In this document: piece after piece, positions 14,601 through 24,991 of the stretch
Layout: every line of letters starts with the position of its first letter
How positions within the stretch are numbered: the first letter of the stretch is position 1
Origin: Tubiluchus corallicola
Lineage: Eukaryota; Animalia; Priapulida
DNA: 64,000 bases
Direction of reading: 5' to 3'
Assembly (NCBI GenBank): GCA_030141605.1
Contig: JAQGDQ010000146.1
Coordinates: forward strand, 4,749-68,748
Notes under the pieces: generated by a model
What the model was told of the DNA's origin: nothing
The model's database searches: none
What the model saw: only the letters and a program-made list of their open reading frames with translations
Made by a program: the position numbers and the translations under genes

Positions 14601-17600
14601 ACTTTTTTTGCTCGACTTCACAAGCATAACACATTCAAAACTGCTGCTGCAATGAAGTAGTGCTTGCTTGGCTGAGGTAGCATCATTTATTTTGCGTTAG
14701 ACCAAATATGTTAAAGTAATTCGTGTAGGTGATTAGAATGATTCACAGACACTGAGAGTGAAAAGCTGTACCTTATCATCAAGCCAAAATTGTTATTTTA
14801 ACAGCATGAACATATCATTCTACATATAAGGCTGACGGGCCTAGCTCACCCCTTGGCATTTACATTTCAGTTCAAATTAACAAGTTAAGATTTTACTATT
14901 GTTCTAGCTCTGTAGACTGAAATCATTTAAGAAACTTGTTATTTGTGATAAAATTTTAAAATATGGAAACTCATAGTAGAATTTCATCATCTTGTGCTTT
15001 GTACTGAGCTACATAATATGCAGGCCTAACTGTTAAATGTAGCATAGACGTGTTTATTATTAATGTTAACAATTTTTAATTTAATCAATCTCTATCTGAA
15101 TGTCACCAGACCATCATTTGTTTTTCCAGGTCAGTGATATGAAGCACAGTTGATTTATTTTCATTAATTCTTCATGTTTTATGCTTTATGCTTTATAAGA
15201 AATTGGAAAAGTTTTCTGATTATTTCTAAAAATTAATAATAAGATTACATTAATTGCTATTATAATGCCTCCTAAAAGAACTATTTTGTAGACTATCGTT
15301 ATAGTCAATTTCATACAGGAAAATGTTTACTTACTATTGAAAAAATTGCCTGAAATTATACATGCATCTCGAAAACAACAAATCGTGTACAGTATTATCA
15401 GTATGGCATTAACAAGAAACGGCAAAAAATGGAAGTTATTTAAATAGCACAACCTAACCTAAAGTGTTCTACAAAAATAACACGGTTGCAAAATCAGTAA
15501 TCTGAGCAACGAATTTAAAATGTTAGTTTCTACATCTCAAGAAGGAAACCATATCAAAAAGGGCAACCATCATTCAGTAGAAGTAAAAAACTGAATTAAA
15601 CATGCGTATCTGATCAATCGCTAATTAATAGCTGGTAATAAAAAAACAGCACAATAATTAAACGTTTGAAGTTAAGTTGGATTAATACTTAAATGTCAAG
15701 TGTTGATAGTAATAATGCATCCAAAACAAGTTTGTAAAGCCAGTGGGCCTAACTTGTTTGTTAATTTGTTTGTTAAATAGTGTTCACATTAATGTGCTTT
15801 AAAGCAAAAGATTTACAATAAAGCACAAATATAAGGGGAATAAAACCAAGAGAAACTAGGACTCATTATAATAAAAGGGCTCAATCCAATCATGACATTA
15901 TTATGAAACTGACAAATTGCTGACCTGAACACTGCCATATTATTGTCTTTCGAAACAAAAGAACTAATAACACTACAGGCACAAACAATAACACAATGCA
16001 TTCGTGACAGCTGAGATATTTGCCTTATCATGCATTTGGCTAGTGCATGCAAAGTAAACAGTACAAACAAACCATCCAGTTATATAGCCTTTTTCACGGA
16101 GTCAATACGCATTGTTACACATAGTGCTCACTAACACTAGCTGGTATAGTTTTTTAAATTTATAGAACATCAAGACAAGCCAAATGAACAAAAGTTTGAT
16201 CATGCTGGCACTTGTATTAGTAGTGCTACAGATTACTATTCTACAAACCAATGCTATAAATGAAAATAATTTAAAGAAAGCAAATTCGGACATATACTGT
16301 TCGAAAGTTAGCAAAAATGTGACTAAAAGAGCAAATGGCTTGAGTGATAACTACATTTTCCTTGCAACCAATAATCTCAGTGAAAATATTGCAGAACCTC
16401 TCCAACACATAAGAGCTGCTTATGCCATCGAAGATGCACAAATCTCAGCTCATGACAATCTACATTTCCTAGACATAGTGTGCAAAGCATTGAACGTGAC
16501 ATATGAAATTAAATATTTTGTGCTGAGGCAGTCCAGCTACAGTGATGTGGCAGAATCTGGAATGACAGATTTAATTGTAAGTCGAATGATTTGGACACCA
16601 GAACGAAGCAAGGTGATGTCATTTGTGTATACAGGCTATAACATTCGTGAAACTTTTCTTATAAAAACTCCAGAATTAAATGCTGATGGCAAGTCACTTG
16701 TAGCACCAATTAGTACAGGAATCTGGGTGTTCTTACTAGTATTTAGCCTTCTTACAGGCTGCTTATTATTTGCATTAGGTAGATGTACGACAATTACAGG
16801 CCAAAATGAAGAAATCAATTCTATAGTCTATTATGTCAGTTACACTATGGCTACATTTCTGCAGAAAGATGGCCCACAAATACCAAATAGTTTGGCTTCA
16901 CGAACAATGATGTCATGTTGGTGGGTTTTCGCAATACTCATAACAGCTGTATACACAGGTACACTAGTGTCATTTCTGACACTCAGAACACCAGTCTATT
17001 CATTTACATCACTAGAAGAGCTATTGCAAAGTTCCATTACCCCAATAACATTAGCCAACTGGGCAGAGGCCGAAACTTTCAGAAATAGCCATCCGGATTC
17101 TGTAAAAGGAAAGCTGTGGAAGAAAATGCAAAGAGACGACATCGCTTTACCACAAACTGCACAAGAGGCAATGGAGCTTGTTGCTACAGGTGACTACACC
17201 TTTATGGGAGGTAGCATTGATTTTGAAGACTTGATTATACGCGATTTTCAAAAACATGGTAAATGTCGATTTACACTCACACCATTTTCGATGTCTACAC
17301 CATTACTAACATGGGGTATACCTAAAGGAAGCAAGATTCAGTCATTTGTACAGTACGGATTAGAGATGGTCACACAAAGTGGTTTGGCTCATAAAAGTTA
17401 CCGTGATGAAATACACAGAAATGGTTCACAATGCTTGGCACCTGCTAAGCAAGTTATTAAAACTCAAGTACTAGATATGTCCAACCTGCAATCAGCATTT
17501 TCTATACTTGCACTAGGCAACAGCATTGCCATCTTTGTAATTTGTGTGGAGTGTCTGTACCACAAATTTGGAAGAACATCAGATGAGTGAGGAAAAGACA

Positions 17601-20600
17601 ATCCTACCAGAAGACAACACAATGTATTTTCAAATGTGGTACAAAATTAGGTCTGAACAAACTGGAGCTCAAAAGGCAAAGGAGCTACTGAACAAATTCT
17701 GGCTCTATGACGTTTAACGGAATATGCAAAATCAAAGAAGATTAAGTTGTGGATCAAGTTCATGGACTTTAACCAACCTTACGATTCAAGTTACTGGAGT
17801 TACTTAAGAGCACTGGTTGTGGACAAAATTTTTTGCCAATGTTAAGTGCTACGTATAAGAGTATATGCTTAGGGTTTAGAAACACTTATAATGATACATC
17901 TGTTGGTGTAAAGCAAAGTGCTTTGATGAGATACTTGCTTATTGTAATTTTACATTGATTTCACGACAGAAAAAACTATAATTTTTTGGCCTGATGGATT
18001 TTTAAGTGATTTGTATTCTGCTTTGCACGTGGATGATACAGCAATTGTTGCTTCTTCTGGAGAAGACTTCTTGTGTCGTCAAGTTACAGCTTTTGTTGGA
18101 TTTTTGTAATGAATTTGGACGTGCTTGCTAACAAAAGGAAAACAGAATTCATGGTAATAAATCACTCAGTTGATGATGAGGTTTCTATTGGCGAGGACAC
18201 TGGCAGCAAAATATCATCAGAGTTATGAAAATCCATAGCATGAAATATCTGTCATTTGTAAATAGGAATTATAGCGTGTATTTTTCTTAGAAAAAGAAAG
18301 TTGCTGAAGCACGTGTCACTAAGCTTCTCTTGTATGGTTCCGAGACATGGTTACTTCTAACTTCAAGTGTTGAGACATATTATACAACAAAGTTATGAAA
18401 GCCTTGTTGAGTGTAAAATTACTATTTACCACTTCACTACTGCTACTATTTTGTCGTCAGTACAGATCATAGCTTTTTCCTGTGCAGTTTAAACTTTAGA
18501 TTATGTCTATCAGGTATTACTGTACAGTTCGTATACGTTTGGCCTTTTAGTTTAAAGAAAAATTTAAGATTTAATAGAACTGTTATTGCAGAACTTACAT
18601 GAACTGGTGTACATAAAAACACTCTGAAATCCAATAACCAACGATAATAAATTTTTCAAAAAGTATAAATATCTTGTATAAAAATGAAAAATGTCACAGT
18701 GCTAGTTGCATTTGCTAATCGGCATTACACTTAAATTGTTTATTCTAGTTCACCCTAACATAAAAAGTGCTCCATATTGAGCGAAGTAAACGACAGATTT
18801 TACAACAGAGTTTTTTACGTACTTACAAGATACGAAAGCAACAGAAACCCAAAATGTAGCGTCGGCCCACTCTCTATATGACTGACTGGATGAGTTCTGA
18901 GCATCTAGTTAAAAAATCACATTACATCATTAGTAATCAAACTCTTAGTTTTTTTATTGGCAGCCTAAAAACCAAACATTTTTTTAAATTTTCATTTATA
19001 AACAATACACTGTTTATATCGTCTTATTGATAATACACAAAAAATAAAGCCAACTGTGATTACTACCTGTACAACCTGCAAGCCCTAAATCACAACATAA
19101 CACAGAAACTACTAGGATACCAGACTTTTTACTCCAACAATACATAATTCTGAAAAATAGTGATGAACAGATCAGTACCATCTTTCTTTGATTATCACTG
19201 ACATAGGCATGAAAGTTTAGCAAAGCTACATTTAGCAGTATAACAACTGATACTATTATTTAACTTGCACCTACTTGAAAATCTTGTAGTTTCAACAATT
19301 AACCAGATGGCATTAGCACCAATAATCGAATCTAAAAAAAACAAATAAGTTAATACAAGCTAAGCTGCAGTGGCATGATAACATTAGCAATCATATATCT
19401 GTTGCACAATACCACATTCAGTAAGCTGAATTCTGATTCTGAAAGTATATTAGCTTAAAAAAACGGTGTACAGAATGCTTCATGCCAGGACTTCAATAAC
19501 AGAGAAAATAAATATTAATGTTGTAAAAATCATTAAACTTGTATCACATTTAAACTGGACAACATATTCCACTATTGGTAGCTGGTAGGACATTGTTTAA
19601 ACTACTAGAAGAACAGACTTTAGCACTTACTGACTATGTAGTCAAACCAACGCCAGTGTACGAGCCAATGAATACCTGGAATGGCCAAGAAAAAACAATT
19701 TGAACTTCACTTAACAAAATTCAATTGTAAAAGCTATAAGAAGCTCAAAACAGAGGTGCTAAGCAAAATATTTTTTCAACATCAAAATGCAAAAATTGGA
19801 AACAGTTTAACCACTCTTATTAATTACATGTGTATTAGTATCGGCGTGTTTCACATGCTTGCATGACCTAACAATTTTGTCCAATAATCATTAAATTCAT
19901 CAAATTCATCGTGTTCAGTCTCACCTATTTGGAAAGTATAGCATACAAGCCTAGCAGACATATAATAATGTCTAGGTGCTTAACAAATTAACATTATCTT
20001 ATTCAACACATCTCAGATCCCTTTCTTTCTGAAGGCTCATTGTCTGAAAATGGCACCAAATAAGAACAGCCAACGCATGACTATGAATATGAGTTCTTGG
20101 TCAAGTTGACTGACCTATCTAGCTTTATCTATATATAGCAGATTTAAACAAGTACATGATTCAAACTATGCTAATGCATCAAAAGTACATAAATACTTTA
20201 ATTACTTACCCAAAAATAATTTATCAAATGGATTACAAAGTGTTTCGAACCATTTATCTTGTTCTTTCTTTACCTAAAAGAATGGTAACAACTTTAATTA
20301 ATGACAGTAAAAAAGCAAAAGGAAAATATATGCACCAAAGAAACAGTCACTTTCTTCAAATTAAAACAGTGGTTGATAAACTTCAAATTAAATAATCCCC
20401 AGATGTGAAAAATTGACATGCCATTATAATTATCAAGAACACATTATGCAAATAAGTAAACTAACACCATAAAATAAATACATACCCTCCAATTGTATGC
20501 AGCACAGTCAATGACATCAGCAAATTCATCGAGACTGAGAAAACCTGTCTTTGACGTATTGAGTGTCTTAAATGTCAGGTAAACATCTCTTTTGCCTAGT

Positions 20601-23320
20601 TAAAGGAGAATGTAACTATAAAACGAGCCGACAATCATTAGATTAAAATTAAGACTAAATATGTTTCCAAACTATGCAAGACTAAGAGTTTAATAATGAA
20701 TAACATGAATAATGAATAATAATGAATGAACAAAATGATCAAGTTAGAAAAAGCGATCATTAATCAAGTAGAAAAAGTGAAATAAAAGCGATGTCTTATA
20801 CGAACAGTAAAATGCAAAAAGATGTTGAAATTCAATGCTTCTGATCTTACTACAGACTCATGTTAAATAAAATATTACATAATTCAGTTAAATAGAGACT
20901 ACTGATCTTAGTTTCACATTTAAAGTAAAAAAAAGCTACAATTTTGTTCTCAGCATTCAAACAAAATCTGTTTCTTTTGCAAAACACACCGTAATTGTTA
21001 AACATTTTACTAACTTTTGTGTGGTCTATAATACTTCATCAGTCCCATAAAATGTCTTAGGGATATCTTGTTTGGATGCTAAAAACACAAAAGTTATGTG
21101 GGTTACCCATCTGAAACTATCATTCACTGAAAACACTGAAAGAAAAATACCATTGCGGAACTAAAAAAAAGAGCGAAAACAGTAGACGGCTGGAAAATCT
21201 CACTCGGATACTTGTTCTAGTGGAGGAACACAAATTTGTACTTTAAATATTTTTCTTCAAATTCTTAAGGGAAAGAAGTTTAGATGCTTTTTTCTCTTTA
21301 TTAGCAAAGACAAAAAAGCTGTTTCACTTTATAATATTTACCAAACTTGAAAGTTACAATGTAATTATTACTTTTTTGCAGTGCACGCATATGCATACTC
21401 CAATTTATCCCTGCGCAATCAAACATTTCTGCTAATAAAACCTTGCTTGCGAACTTGCGAGCAGTAGAACATTTATCTAGGTGTTTGTACACAACTATGC
21501 AGTTATTGTGCATAATCTCTTTCCATAAATAGGCTTGCTGCTTCGATGGTAAGATTTACTGATTTTTGAAGTAGCACTACTGGCTGGTCTGTGTCCTCTG
21601 TGCCTGCTCTATACAAAAATTTCAAGTACCATCAAATAAATCTTGAGACATTTGTAAGATTTTCCACCGTTGATGTTAGGCATATATCTACAAAATTTTA
21701 AAGATACATCAAATGGTACTATATTCTCCATAAGGTATTAAGAAAATTTACAAAGACAAAAAATCTGACTTTCATACGAAATATCATAAAGAATTTAGCA
21801 CACTATAAAAATCAGTTATTTTAAAAACTGATATCACATTAAGATTTATTTGACTTTATTAATTTTTTTGCTCTGGATTACTGTTTTTTTAAGATAAGAT
21901 ATATGAAAACTTTGCTAATACGAAACAGTGTAGAAGCAGGTACAAATAAATGTTCATGACTATGTAGCACAGCGCGAGATAATTTATGTAATAGTAAAAA
22001 TAATATTACATTTTTGGTCACCAACAGTTTAAATGCATGTTGACAGGCCACTCGCTTATGTAACGTCAGTTTACAAAACTTCTCTTTTTCCATGATAGTA
22101 AACGAGTCATACACAACAGCAAGAACCTGTGGACAAAATTCACTGTTATGTTCTCATAATTATTACAAAAAATTCAACAAATAAATTTACTAAAGAAAGG
22201 ACCATTAAGGCGAATCATATAAATATACAGAAGCTTTTAGTTAACAATGAGTAAACAATTTCATTTAAAAAATAAACCGTAACTCAACATGTGATTTTTT
22301 GTAATATAGTTCTGGCAATTTTTTGGTATTTAAACTTATGCAGGCCTCGGAATCACTAAAACAGAAACATTTTTCAATTTACAAAGCTTTGCAGGTAAGT
22401 CAGATCACGAGAAATTTGTACACAAAAATGAAATTACGTGGATTGAGGTGAAATGTTGGTCAGCCACATAGAATTATATAAGATAAAGTTTTGGAAATTA
22501 CATTATGCCTATTACACAAAACCATGCCTAACTAAACTATGCTTTAGAATTTTAGATAACATTTTATGCACCTTTATGTTAAGGTACCTGTAACTCCTTG
22601 ATTTCAAAATTAGATGTGACAGACGTCATGGTCACAAATTGATAACTTTCAAGCACAAAGGACTTCTGCACCTTTTTTTATAAACATACTTATTTGAAAC
22701 AATTGCCTTTGGCAAACAGCAAATAAACACTCATGCAGTTTCGCAAGAAAAAACAAGTCTAGCACAAAATATCATTAACTATTCCAAGTGTTAATTAAAA
22801 TAATTAAAACAGTTAGATGAATCAATATATTGTAACCGCCAGTTCGTATGTGTGCATAAGGCTTATTAGATACATTTTTACCTGAGTTAATCGTACCATT
22901 CACTATCTCATTACTACTTACTACAATTAAGCAAAGCAAAATAATGATGATTAGCGGCACAGTTTTTCTTCACTTAGTATTTGGGCTTTTCAAAACATTT
23001 AGTACCTGTACAATATTGGTTGTTTGTGAGTTTGTAAGTGTATAATTTGCACAAAATTACTGACAGGATAAGAAATGTAATGCTACCACAATTGCTCAAA
23101 ATTGAATTCAAATTTTGGGGGAGCCCCAAACATTGGGGACCACTGATGAAACAACACACTGGCTGCGTCAATGTTTAAACGATACAAAGAATTTTTTCGA
23201 CAAGCAGTAGTTACACTTACCAAGTTCATTAGAAAATAAAGTTCTATTATGAGGTACAGAATGAAGAAGCTTGGCGCCCATCGATATTTATTATAGGCTG
23301 GCATCATCACATCTGGGTAG
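2495..23320 (-). CDS. TPCN1: Two-pore channel TPC1, 3' part (17 exons; N-terminal exons not in window)
   Basis: Exons assembled by hand with AG/GT ends and consistent phases: 23221-23320, 22010-22126, 21015-21078, 20486-20595, 20210-20273, 19631-19675, 19275-19331, 18827-18904, 9862-10039, 9368-9439, 8889-8978, 8199-8290, 7978-8024, 6449-6608, 5500(or 5473)-5612, 3274-3354, 2495-2611. Translation (N)[83 protein letters not shown] closely follows vertebrate TPC1 as recalled. Confidence 0.95.
3274..3354 (-). CDS. TPCN1: TPC1 exon (C-terminal tail)
   Basis: [27 protein letters not shown]; tandem cagcag acceptor; gtataa donor. Confidence 0.88.
3513..4132. repeat. 310-bp tandem duplication (2 copies) in a TPC1 intron
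   Basis: 3513-3822 is repeated at 3823-4132 with no difference visible by eye; each copy starts with two ~43-bp subunits. Confidence 0.95.
5500..5612 (-). CDS. TPCN1: TPC1 exon (C-terminal tail; donor could instead be at 5473)
   Basis: [38 protein letters not shown]; both candidate donors give phase 0. Confidence 0.7.
6449..6608 (-). CDS. TPCN1: TPC1 exon (domain II S6)
   Basis: [53 protein letters not shown], ag/gtaaag. Confidence 0.95.
6986..7871. mobile_element. Old hAT-type non-autonomous element
   Basis: 8-bp direct repeat CTACAAAC at 6978-6985 and 7872-7879; degenerate TIRs (TAGTGATATTAGATAT / ATACCGAACAATACTT); ATCGG/CCGAT-type subterminal motifs. Confidence 0.55.
7978..8024 (-). 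CDS. TPCN1: TPC1 exon (domain II selectivity filter)
   Basis: [16 protein letters not shown], ag/gtgagt. Confidence 0.95.
8199..8290 (-). CDS. TPCN1: TPC1 exon (luminal loop)
   Basis: [30 protein letters not shown], ag/gtattt. Confidence 0.92.
8889..8978 (-). CDS. TPCN1: TPC1 exon (domain II S5)
   Basis: [29 protein letters not shown], ag/gtatgt. Confidence 0.93.
9368..9439 (-). CDS. TPCN1: TPC1 exon (S4-S5 linker)
   Basis: [24 protein letters not shown], ag/gtaatt. Confidence 0.93.
9862..10039 (-). CDS. TPCN1: TPC1 exon (domain II S2-S4)
   Basis: [60 protein letters not shown], ag/gtaatc. Confidence 0.95.
10600..11438. mobile_element. Tc2/pogo-like MITE
   Basis: Perfect 23-bp TIR CCGTATATACTCGCATATAAGCC / GGCTTATATGCGAGTATATACGG flanked by TA on both sides; subterminal TATAAGCCGAC repeats. 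Confidence 0.9.
11000..11267. mobile_element. hAT MITE nested in the Tc2-like MITE
   Basis: TIR CAGTGGTGTATTG / CAATACACCACTG; perfect 8-bp TSD GTGACACA at 10992-10999 and 11268-11275. Confidence 0.9.
11496..11920. mobile_element. Kolobok-like non-autonomous DNA transposon
   Basis: TTAA on both sides; imperfect TIR AGGAAAACTGG / CCTGTTTTGCT. Confidence 0.5.
12478..12582. repeat. 53-bp tandem duplication
   Basis: ACATAGTGACA(A/C)AAGTTGCCCCGTTCTCTCTTTGCCATACTGGTGAAAGTAT twice. Confidence 0.9.
13061..14485 (+). CDS. Ionotropic glutamate receptor-like / IR-type channel lacking the ATD, copy 1, nested antisense in a TPC1 intron
   Basis: Intronless ORF (ATG 13061): signal peptide, S1 with WTPERS, M1 [19 protein letters not shown], pore loop [12 protein letters not shown]3 [13 protein letters not shown] (SYTANLAAF-like), S2, GKCRF, M4 [19 protein letters not shown]; AG acceptor just upstream of the ATG. 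Confidence 0.9.
   Translation: MLITMCLTLKGLNVLALIVVELQITVAQSFALNANSLKKINWNEHCLKINESVIEKTNRWSDNNFYFTSNNLSKNVKSLQHIRVAYAIEDAQISADHYIPVLDMVCKTLNITYDINYFALWQTSYSDMAESGMTDLILSPIIWTPERSKVMTFMSGGEAIHVTFLIKTPEIDAGGLSLVAPISTGIWVFLLVFSLLTGCLLFVLEKCATTRGQNEEINSIAYYVSYTMASFLQKDGPHLRNSVASRTMMSCWWVFAIFITAVYTGTLVSFLTLRTPVYPFTSLEELLESTITPITLPNWAEVEYLRNSQPDSVRGKLWKKMQRDNNALPHTAQEALDLVATDDYAFMGHSNDFEQLIIHDFEKHGKCRFAVAPFSIYTALLSWGVPKASKIQSMVEYGFQIVIQSGLAQRIYLDDFNKNGSQCSHSLTQVVKTEVLHMSDLHSAFVILAIGIIVATTVICLEYLCTKFVQRSSD
16184..17590 (+). CDS. Ionotropic glutamate receptor-like / IR-type channel lacking the ATD, copy 2
   Basis: Paralogue of 13061-14485 with the same S1-M1-P-M3-S2-M4 layout; CACTAAC branch point and tttatag acceptor about 20 nt before the ATG. 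Confidence 0.9.
   Translation: MNKSLIMLALVLVVLQITILQTNAINENNLKKANSDIYCSKVSKNVTKRANGLSDNYIFLATNNLSENIAEPLQHIRAAYAIEDAQISAHDNLHFLDIVCKALNVTYEIKYFVLRQSSYSDVAESGMTDLIVSRMIWTPERSKVMSFVYTGYNIRETFLIKTPELNADGKSLVAPISTGIWVFLLVFSLLTGCLLFALGRCTTITGQNEEINSIVYYVSYTMATFLQKDGPQIPNSLASRTMMSCWWVFAILITAVYTGTLVSFLTLRTPVYSFTSLEELLQSSITPITLANWAEAETFRNSHPDSVKGKLWKKMQRDDIALPQTAQEAMELVATGDYTFMGGSIDFEDLIIRDFQKHGKCRFTLTPFSMSTPLLTWGIPKGSKIQSFVQYGLEMVTQSGLAHKSYRDEIHRNGSQCLAPAKQVIKTQVLDMSNLQSAFSILALGNSIAIFVICVECLYHKFGRTSDE
17750..18420 (+). mobile_element. Degraded non-LTR retrotransposon reverse-transcriptase remnant
   Basis: Broken frames give [16 protein letters not shown] (YADD-like) and LYGSETW motifs. Confidence 0.6.
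18827..18904 (-). CDS. TPCN1: TPC1 exon (S1-S2 loop and start of S2)
   Basis: [26 protein letters not shown], ag/gtaagt, phase 1-1. Confidence 0.82.
19275..19331 (-). CDS. TPCN1: TPC1 exon (domain II S1)
   Basis: [19 protein letters not shown], ag/gtaggt. Confidence 0.88.
19631..19675 (-). CDS. TPCN1: TPC1 exon
   Basis: [15 protein letters not shown], ag/gtaagt. Confidence 0.88.
20210..20273 (-). CDS. TPCN1: TPC1 exon
   Basis: [21 protein letters not shown], ag/gtaagt. Confidence 0.88.
20486..20595 (-). CDS. TPCN1: TPC1 exon (EF-hand-like linker)
   Basis: [37 protein letters not shown], ag/gtatgt. Confidence 0.9.
21015..21078 (-). CDS. TPCN1: TPC1 exon (EF-hand-like linker)
   Basis: [21 protein letters not shown], ag/gttagt. 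Confidence 0.9.
22010..22126 (-). CDS. TPCN1: TPC1 exon
   Basis: [39 protein letters not shown], flanked by ag/gtaata. Confidence 0.93.
23221..23320 (-). CDS. TPCN1: TPC1 exon: domain I pore helix 2 and S6
   Basis: ttttatgtag|CTACCCAGAT...AACTTG|gtaagt; (N)[33 protein letters not shown]. Confidence 0.95.
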
Positions 23321-24991
23321 CTACATAAAACAAAAAATAACTATTTTACAACATCAATTTTTATTGTTATGTGACAAAATTAACTTATTGACCAAAACAC
23401 GATTAGCTGGCTAAAATGCCTATTATTTATCATATTAACAACTCGGTAAAAAGCAGCAATAGGATGACATAGGATGACATAAGAAGATGAAATTTCTAAC
23501 AAAGTTTTAGTTAAGTGTTTGCAGTGGCATTCAGCTTAGGCCTAATTGTTATAATTTAGGTGAAAAGTAATGCAAATTTAAATATCTCACAGAATCACTA
23601 GGAAGGGATATATTCAATTCATAAATCAACCCTAACAGAAAGTATGTAGTGCATTCCATACGTGTTTACTTATGAAACTAGATTTCACATATATGCACAC
23701 TAAGTTGAAAACGCTGTACTTCACAAAGCTTCGTTAGCATTTCTTAATAACCAATTATTAATAGCTTGGTATTAATTTCTCACTCCACAAAAAGTCCCCA
23801 GCGAAACAACAAGCAATAATAACTTAAGGCATTTGCTGATCTAGTGCACCACAGTGAAGATCTGAAATGTATGTACACCCAATGCACCACAAGAACTTTT
23901 TAGAAAACACTGTGTGAACATCCAACAAGACATAATGTCAACTTTTAATAAACTGGAACTTTTGCTCTAATGATTTCTAAAAAAGAGAAAAAAGAGAGGG
24001 CGGGGAGAAATAGGAAGAATAAGTCAAGTGGTTTATAGAAGCACCCCTGCAGTTAAAAAGTAATTACAGTAAAAACTTCATAGCACTACATTTTATTTTA
24101 CAAACTAATCTATAATCTATATTATGAAAGAAATAAGTGCTGTTTAGTGCACCCCAACAACAACGTTACATAATAAATAATGACCAGCAAAAGCATTTAG
24201 TATATTTCAGTTTACAGCTGATTACACCACTAAGTAACACTTGGCATACAGAAAAGCAAATACCCCCTCAAAGTCAAGCTCTAATCTTACATAAGCATGG
24301 CTGTACGTAAACAAATTATGGCTTCATTATTACCATCAGATGGAGACAGTGAAACAAGATCTCAAATTTAGCTTCTTGGGTAACTTCTTTTGGAGCTTGT
24401 GGTTAAGCTGTTTTTAAAAACATTTATAGCAAAGAAAGTTAATCAGGTTTAAGTTTTCTTGGTTGATTGATCTACTTCCAGCTGTCTCTCCATTAATATC
24501 TCGTTTCACAAACAGTTGGTAGGCAATGTTTACTTGTCTTGGGGCAACGCTACTGACTAACAAAGTTCTATGAAGTTGTGCACATGTGTAGCAGTCAGCT
24601 TCACTACTGAGCCATTACTGGGCTTCTTCCAAAAATATATCCAAGAATAGCAAAACATGGCAGATCTATTCAACGGTTACAAATCAAAAGTCTTAGTTAC
24701 AATAGCAATAAGAGAAAAAACTGTAATAAAATAATAAGACTTATAGCATACTAAGGCACCAAATAAACATTCAAAGCTAATCAGGTACAAGTTTAGTTAC
24801 ACAATGATAGAATTTTTAGCAAAGAAAATGGACTTGCCCCTTGCATAAAAAGTAACCCGAACTCAAGTATGTTAGCTTAATGTTACACAGTGACGCCATT
24901 ACTATGAGGAAACACAAGCGTTGTTCTTTGCCAGAACGTGCAGAAGGTACAATACACAGCTAGCATTGTTGGTGTCTACTAATGTGTGAAA

